In this document: positions 55,943-64,000 of the stretch, in pieces | Layout: every line of letters starts with the position of its first letter | Numbering within the stretch: position 1 is the stretch's first letter | From: Oikopleura dioica | Lineage: Eukaryota; Animalia; Chordata | Reading direction: 5' to 3' | Assembly (NCBI GenBank): GCA_907165135.1 | Contig: OU015569.1 | Span: 2,046,001-2,110,000 of the forward strand | Length of the DNA: 64,000 nt | Made by a program: the position numbers and the translations under genes | The notes under the pieces: generated by a model | Told to the model about the DNA's origin: nothing | Databases searched by the model: none | Seen by the model: the letters and a program-made list of their open reading frames with translations, nothing else

Positions 55943-58900
55943 TCAGTAGATAGGCGCGGGCAAAGAGTACTCGTTTGGCTCGACTTCAAGTGTCATTTTA
56001 GAAGCAAACTCGAGACGCTGGAGCATGAGGAGCAGTGGATCACCGTCGATGCGGCGCAGTCCACAGTCAGCCGCACTCAGCTGATCAAAGACAAAGTCGT
56101 TCTTCCACTCAAAGCTAAAAGAAACGATTAATTAAGCTCGTGATTCGACATGTTAAATGTCAAAGGGCCGTTAAATTAATATCTATAATAGCGGGCAACA
56201 CATTCTCAGGATCGTTTCCGCTTAGATGCGAAAGTAGTTTTTAATCACTTACTTGTTTTTTATCCAATTGACGATGTCGAACCAGTCTTGTCCTTTGTCT
56301 CCATATTCTCTCACCCCCTCAATGATCGCCGCAAGCATGTAAGGCCTGAGTCGCTGATTCCACAGCCGAACAAACCAATTCTGGAATTCGCTCGCATTCC
56401 AGGGGCAAGTCTCGTACCAAGCGGATCCTAAAAGTATGGCGTTAATCCCGTTCCGATTTTCGCTAATTCAGTACCTATTTTTGCCTGGGAATTCTTGTAG
56501 GTGATAAGCATCATATTTATCTTTTCATGGAGATTCTCAAGGAACTTGATCTGGTTGTTGACGGAACGGCGGGCCTTGACTGGACCGTGCATGACGACAT
56601 GATTTGCGTATTTCATTCGCAACTTCATGGCTAAATCAGCACCCCCGCAAACCATTTGAACAACACTAAAGAGGAGGGTTAGTTAAATTCTACAAAGCAG
56701 CATTCTATTAAACTATCGTTCTTCGGAAGCGCTCAATCCACGGGGCAATACACAAGCTCCGCCGCGATATCATAACTCGATTTATAGCGCGCGGTGCACA
56801 TCAAAAGACCGTATTTTAGAAAGAAAAATGTCAAAAGAACTCACTGAAATATTTCGGCGCACTCAGCGGAAACTTCGTTCTCCTTTCCGATTGCCACTAC
56901 GATCGGTGTCTTCCCCGCGATCGTAAAGTCTTCAGAAGATCCTGCTGCTCGACTAGGGCGATATCAACGATGAGGATGATTGGCCGATCTTGCTCAGCTT
57001 CTGGTTCGTCGGAAAGCGGCTCAAACAGCGCTTGCAGGGCTTCCATGTCCTTGACAATGCCAGCTGTTTTGATTGCATGGTGGGGAATGTCCTTGGATGC
57101 CTCAACAGATAGTTCCTGACAGGCGAGAATCTGTGCGATTCGGCGAGCAAGATCTTTCTTGCTATCAGCTGCAGTTCCAGAAATGAGAATGCGACGAGAC
57201 TCGATTGCAGCGTCGAATATTTGAGAAGCTTTGCTCAAGTGAATCGCCTCGTTGAGAGCAATTGCAGCGGCGAAGCTAACCCGAACACAAGCACTTCCAT
57301 TGTTGACCTGGAAATATTCGTTAAATCAGAGACAAGGAAACAATTGATTCAATCAACCGCCGTTTACATGAACTTTTCAAACTCACCTCAGTTTTGACGA
57401 TCGATTGCGCTGTCAGTCCAAACGATTTTTCGTCCATTTGTTTCAAATACTCTTCGAAGACAACGTGGATTTCCGCTTCGACATCGTCGACGTCATCCGT
57501 CGACAAGTGGCCGATGACGCGTTTGTCGTCGCTGAAGGTTTCAAGATAGACTGGTACTTTCTTGTCGTCACTGTCGGAGGAGAGATTCTTCATCGAGGAA
57601 AGCGTCCCGTTTGCGAATGAGGAGCGATTGCAAATGTTTCCGTTAGAGTTCTTTAGCAGATCACGCTCTTCTCGTAGAGCCTTAGAGTAAATATTTTGGA
57701 AAAAGATTATTTCATCGTAAAAATACCTGAAGCTCCTCAAGCAGCTGATCTCTTTCGTGTTGATACGAAAGCGCAGCCAGGCGAACATCGGTCAGTCTTC
57801 TGTCCGATTCCTTCAGTTTCTGGTCCTTTTCTTTGATAATATTCTTCATTTCATCGACAGACTCGTTGGTCTCGGAAGTATTGATGGACTCGTCGTCATC
57901 TATGATGCCCAGCACTTCGCCGCAAGAAGAGCGCGATGCAGATGGATACTTGCTCGATCGGCTTTTGCCAAAAGCAGAACGAAATGAATCGCGCAGCTGA
58001 AATAAATTTGTCAAACTCACTCAATCGAAATATTATTTTTTCTGGCAGTGTGAAATGCGCCCCGTTTTGTTTATATTATTTTGGATCCCACGAAGTCGAA
58101 ATTTTTCAGAAAAAGAAAAGTTTCTCACAAAAAAAGATTTTACATGGAATGATTGTCGATGAGAAAATAATATTAACCTGTCGACGCATGGACGTCTTTC
58201 GCCCTAACGTGGACTCAAACGACGTTGAGCTGAGCGGTTCATCAACCATTGAAACGGGCCTTTTATCGTGCTATATCAAAATGTTGAAATTTTGTTTCTC
58301 TATTTGTTGATTTCTCGATTTAATTTTTCAGAAATCTTGTAATCCGAATATTTCTCTCACTATTTGAAAAAAGTGGGTATCGATTCGGATTGGGAGAAAA
58401 AAGCGCGAAATTAAAGATTTTGTACGATAAAACTTTCGATTCACATCTGTCAGAGAGATGCACGCATTTCGCCCTGGGCATGCATTTTCTGATTCTCAAC
58501 TGTCGAGTTGAAACTTACCCAGTTCTTTCGATCGTTGCGTTTGCGCAGCTCTTCGAAGCTGTTGCTGCTCGAGTTGGACGCGTGGGACGAGATCGAGGTC
58601 ATGCTCTCGGCGGGCACAACTTTTTCGGTCATTGTGGGCGAGTTGACGGCCGCTTCCTTCTTCGACTCTTTACATGCGCTCGTTTCAACTGATTCTGCGT
58701 TTGTCTCTGTGATGGTGTCGTCCTTTTCGTTGGTGTTCTTGCTTTCTGGCGAAGAGATTCGGAATTTCTGCAGTTGCTGCTCGAATGCGGCGCACACAGT
58801 TTGCTGAAAGAATGTTACTTTCAATTCACACACAAAAAGCGAAGAAAAAAGGGATGAAAGGACCCTCGAAAAAGGGATGAATAGAGTCCCTACGCAGATC

Positions 58901-61900
58901 GATGATTTTGAATGAACCTAGGAACCAGCAAGTTTGAGAACTCGAGGGGATTGTTTTCAGAGCATTTTCCAACAGCTGATCATGTGAGATCATTGTTATT
59001 GTGACGCTCCAAGTCCGGCTAGAGGGGGCAGAGCCTAAGCCGTTTGAAATCGAGAGGACTCGAGTTTCCTTCGTCAAAGGCGGATTCGGGAAATTGCCTC
59101 GTGCTCGAGCCACTTGAAAAGACAATTGTATTCGAATGCGAGTTAGCCGAGCTGACATAACGAGCTCTGATTGTGGCGAATTTGGGAATACAAGCAATAA
59201 AAACATTTTTTTTTGTTTTTTTGGGTGTCAATGTCAATCTGTATTTGGATTGTGCAAATGGAGCTTGCGAGTTCAAGGGCGTACGAATTGCGATTGCACT
59301 TTTTTGAAGCAGATCAAACAACGGAAAGCCACGCTTTTGGAAGAATGAGGAATTGTTATGGCTTCAGCATTTCGAATGCTGAGGCTTACATTCTGCGCGC
59401 AAGATCGATTACAGTCAAATTGACATAACGGCAGCGTCAAACTGTCCGCGAAACGTTAAAACACCCGCTTTGAATATCGATTTTGAGTTAAACTCGGAAG
59501 TTACCTTCGCTTTTCGGATTGAGGCCGATCGCTCCAGTGTGCCTAAATTGGCGCTGAATTTGCGCGATTTACTCGGCTTCAACGCCACGGCGGAGTCGTC
59601 CTTTGGAAGTGTACTGTCCGATTTGGTGGTTTTGGACCGCCTTGGAAGGGGCATGGTACTGTAGTTCGGCTTTCCTCGACTCAAAGAAGGAAGACTTCTC
59701 CGCCGCTGGACCTTGGCAGCTCTCTGCTCTTCAGAAGCGGAACTAGACGAGCCCTTCCGTATGGAATTCACTCTCTGCAAAAGTCTCTGTGGAGAAATAT
59801 CCATCTTCTTTCTTTAATCAAAATCTCTTGCTGTTGTTTTTTATTATTTCCGTCGAAAATTTCAAAATATGGAATTTTAATTTTATCTGTCTCCTTTCTG
59901 GTCAAGTATCGGAGAACAAGCGCTGGGGCAGTCGGAAACCGCCCTCGAGCGCCCCCGCCTGAGTAGCGCGTTTCCGTCAAATTTATACGCTCAAGCGAAA
60001 AATTTTTTTATCACTGGACCGTTCTCGACATCAACGATGATAACGATCGTCAGGCTGATAAGGCAGTAAGTACATGTGTTCTCAGGAGTTTGTTTTTACT
60101 GGAAAAGGAAAGATAATGATTTCGCGCTTCCTCTACAATTTCTCACGAGGCTTTGCTCTGACTGATTGAAAAAGCTACTAAAGTAAGTAGGAAACGCAGA
60201 ATTCGAGACCGCTGGAAACAAACGAACTTAGAAGGCGATGTTGTCAAAGGAATAGTTGATCAATCAAATTTAAGAATTAAGCTGTCGTTCCCGTCCCAAA
60301 TCGTAGCTTTTGACACCTTGATAGGTCGTCCAGTTCATGGCGGATTTCTTCCGGGCCCTTTGGTCTAATCAAGGATAATAGGACCCCTATCTAGGTGGCC
60401 TCGAATCACGTCGGACTTGGCACCGGGCCGACGACGGTGGGTCTACGTGTGAATTATCATAGCAATGGCTTCGTTCGTTAATCGACTGCTCTACTGTACA
60501 TGTGCATTTCTAACTGTAGCTCGAGTGTTTGAAAAGGACACGAGCTGCTGCCCCTTTCCCAAAGGCGATTATTTAGATAAACTCTCAATCTTCTGTCAAA
60601 ATTGAAGGGCATTCAATTAAACAACATTACAAATTGAATTACACTTTGCAGCTTCAAAATTACTGTAGGAAGGGAAAACTGGATTCTGTTAGTTTTAAAA
60701 ATCGGGTAGCATGTTTGTTTTAACTTGCCCGTGAACATCACTCGACCGGAAAAGCAAACTTCGCTGCCCTTTTTTGCAATTTCAATATTAGACAGATAAA
60801 CACGCAACATCCCAATTAACAATGACGCTCAACCTTGATAGCGAGAGTAAAGTGCAAAACGAACCCTCAAGCTTGGAAAGTCCGTTTATCAAAGTCGGCG
60901 GCTTGACCGGCTTTGTGTATTGTCCCCTAGTTTTCCTGACAAAAGAGAAAGGACATGCTTGCTCGTCATGATCGCGGCTTGAGATCAATCCCCCTCGAAC
61001 CGTACTCGAACAAAATACATTATCCGTTTTTATCAATTTTAACCTCTCCGCGTGGCGCCCCTCTTATACAATAGAAGAAAAAAATCAGCATAATTACAGA
61101 GCGAGCTCCTAGGTTCGCATCGATCGTAATTTTCGTCGATTGAGCCCTTTCATGTTCCTCCTCTTAGCGGTCGCTTTTCAACGCGAGTAATTACGGGACT
61201 TACGTTTTGTTCGAGCTGACGTTCTTTTGAGTTTATCTGCTCCTGAAGCTGCGATATTTTGGACTCGTAGTTCTCCAAATAGTTCCGGAGGCGGAAAATC
61301 TAAATAATTACAGTAAGCTATCGCTCATTAGAATCCAATTGAATAGTAAAATAAAAACTCTGCAGCTGAATAACTCCGCAAGCACCTGTCTAACAGGTAG
61401 ATAGGGCTCTGTTAGCAAGCGGTGTTATCAGCTGATAAGACAATTTTTTAGAGCGCTTGAATCTGACTGTAACTCTGGCTCACCTCTTCTCTGTCTTCTG
61501 GATTTGAGTACAAGCTCACGCGAGATCCCTTGTAAAGTGAAGCGTCGTTTTCACCTAAACACGTTGACGATGTCTGGATATGCCCTGTTTCCGCTGTTAT
61601 AAATTTCAAGCACACTTGCGGACAGTTTTTCGCGAGATAAAGATGCTTTCAAAATCAAGACAGGTATTATGAGAGACAATAATAGCTAATTATGAGATTG
61701 GTATTCATTCTATCGACAATTATTTTGATTAGATTATGTATACTTGCTTAACATTGATAAACATGCAGTTTATCAGAGCTGAAGCCCTGTTGGTGGCTCC
61801 CAGCTGAACATCTGGGCGATATTCTCATGCATTCACAAGGGCACGTTCTCTGATATTGCCAAATTCCGATGTTGAAAGCAGCGATGTTGAGAGTCAGGAT

Positions 61901-63903
61901 TCTCTTACCTTTGAGATTTTGCGATGAGAAGGATCGACCGTAGTTTCGAGGCATTGACTGGTAGTAAGGATAGCGCACAGAAGGCGAGACTGTCGGATTG
62001 TTACTCTCCGTTTTTCTCAATGAATGAAAGTCCCTGAGAATTGGTCAGTTTTGAAAATATTAGAGTGATAAATTTCAACTGAAAATTTTCTCTGGTTTAT
62101 GAAAAACTCGGAGCGTTTCTCACAAAAAAGACGCGATTTTTAATCACAAGGTAAAACTTCAAAGGTCATCTAGTAGCTACCAATTTTGCCTTACCGTTTA
62201 GCGTGGAAAGAGCGTCGTTGTTGAGATCGATTAGGAAGAAGGGACTTTCTCTCGTAAGTGGTGTCAGAATGAACTGATTCTGGTGGAGTGGAAATCAATC
62301 GCCGGAGAGGACTCTTCTTTTCGCGCAGAATACCTTGATTTGGCCGAGGGAGGATAGAACAAGAGCTGTCTGATGAATTCTCCGCTTGGATGGCGATTTT
62401 CTCTTCATGAACACTGAGAGATTTCGTCTTTGCCAGCCTAGCAGCAACTTTCGATGACCCGAGCCGTTTCCTCTCCATTTCTGAAAGAAAATATCAATTT
62501 CAGCTCAATGCCCTGTTCAGAGCGGTGTGGGGAGATCTCATTCGTGTATAATAAAAAGAATGATTGACCAATCTAGCCAAGTTCAAAGATAAACTAAACT
62601 CACCAGGATCGCCAGTCGGACTACGAGGATTCGTCGAGCCGCTGGAGCAAGAAATTTCATCCGTAAGAACATCCTCATCTGGAGAAGAGAAGTCATCCGG
62701 GTCCCATCTGAAAAGTCGGATTAGTTGAAAATTATCAAATTAGATTTTCTCTGACCCTAGAATTGAGAGAGAGAGGCGGTGTATCTTGATGTCCGATTTA
62801 GAGAGTCTCTTTGAAAGCCGTCCCCGTTTGAATGGGGACTGGGCAGTAAAGCACTTGAAAAGCATAGACAAAATTGTGTTCTGTCTTGTATCGGTTGGTT
62901 ATTTTTTGTGAATGAGCTTGTGAATGAAGGAAAAAAATATAGCTGCCGAAGACCAAGCAGGGTGGCCCGGTGATAACGCTACTAAAAGACAGCGGGAAAA
63001 AGAGAAGTCTGACGTATTCCTCCTCTCGTATCGTTACTTCAAAGGAGTGAAAAATCCCTTGATTCTTGTATTAGTGTCTCGTTTTTATTAATAAATATGG
63101 GATAAATCTTAGCTCGTACCTGTAATATTTCGCCCATTTGATAGTGTTCTCTAAGTGAAGCTGTGCTCCAGAGAAACTGATTCTAATACCTAGCGTGCTC
63201 ATGCTTCTAACATTTGCAAGTTCTCTTTGAAATTATAAAAGTGGCTGATCGGCGAGCGATCTGACTCGCCGCTGAGCGTCAAAACTAGGCTCAGTCTGGA
63301 CTTGAACATGCCAAAAACTGTCCACAGAATAGCTTAATTTCCTTTCCTCTGACCGCACTGGAAAATGCGGCTTTAAATCTCAATTAGCGCCTACCCGCAG
63401 GAATATGCTAAGACTGATATTGAATCCTTAAATCAACGTAGTAATTTGACATAAAACTGAAACCTTTGGCAAAGAAGCAAGGCAAAATTCAGCATTTTCT
63501 CTGCTTTTCATTTGGAAGCAAATAATTCCAAATCAATGATGAGTTGGAGCTAAGTTGGAAACCAGCGCTTTTAGTGGTTACATCAGAGTCTCTCTCTTGT
63601 CAATATTTTATTTCTTTTCTTGAACCGCCTCTTTGCTCAATACTCAATAAATGCTTACCTTTCGAGTCGCTGGAGTAGATCACTACGTTCCATCGCCCGT
63701 CGGACAGCACTCAACGCCGGATCGTCTACTTGGACATCATCTAAGTCCATTTCCCCGCTTTCAGAAATTCGAGGAGTCGTGTACGAACAAAACAGTGAGT
63801 TTGGTCGAGGTCTTGGACGCGCTCTCGGTGATCGCGTTTGAACATCTTTTAATGCTTCGTACGATTTCGTTCTAGCGATATTCGATTGAAAAGATTCCAC
63901 CAT
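55943..63903 (-). CDS. Neuron navigator/UNC-53-like protein (5' end likely beyond the window)
   Basis: Coiled coil LTDVRLAALSYQHERDQL (NAV LTDIRLEAL motif), LRDSFRSAF, AAA-like RRILISG...PIILIVD, C-terminal GDPLLLMLQRL; stop at 55943. Ser/Arg-rich upstream exons at about 59.4-63.9 kb are assigned by inference. Confidence 0.8.
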
Positions 63904-64000
63904 CAGAGAAATCTGTGATGCAGTATCGGAAGCTGTAGGCGAAGTTGCAGACTTGAAACAATCATCGTCATCATCGTCGTTGAGGTACTCGTTGTTGTCT

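Overview
This is a gene-dense eukaryotic window: introns are mostly about 40-70 nt, several have GA or GC donors, and intergenic gaps are very short. That pattern fits an appendicularian tunicate such as Oikopleura dioica (inferred, not proven). About 26 spliced or single-exon genes can be rebuilt by hand: vWA-collagen, CUB membrane protein, ARHGAP39, lactase-like GH1, a secreted alpha/beta hydrolase, GSK3, FDPS, MXRA7-like, ADAT1, ADSL, VWA5A-like, an NCF1/NOXO1-like PX-SH3-SH3 protein, NUDT22, an FGD RhoGEF, CEPT1/CHPT1, a neuron navigator-like gene and several orphans. There are also two TTAA-flanked MITEs. The standout is a 4-exon nuclear gene at 21258-21851 (-) encoding mitochondrial complex I subunit ND3 (PYECGF and FLLFELEI motifs) fused to an N-terminal mitochondrial presequence. 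It looks like a functional mitochondrion-to-nucleus gene transfer in an animal and lies at the 3' end of a ~25 kb co-oriented, partly operon-like block. No rRNA, tRNA or CRISPR was seen. All exon models are manual.
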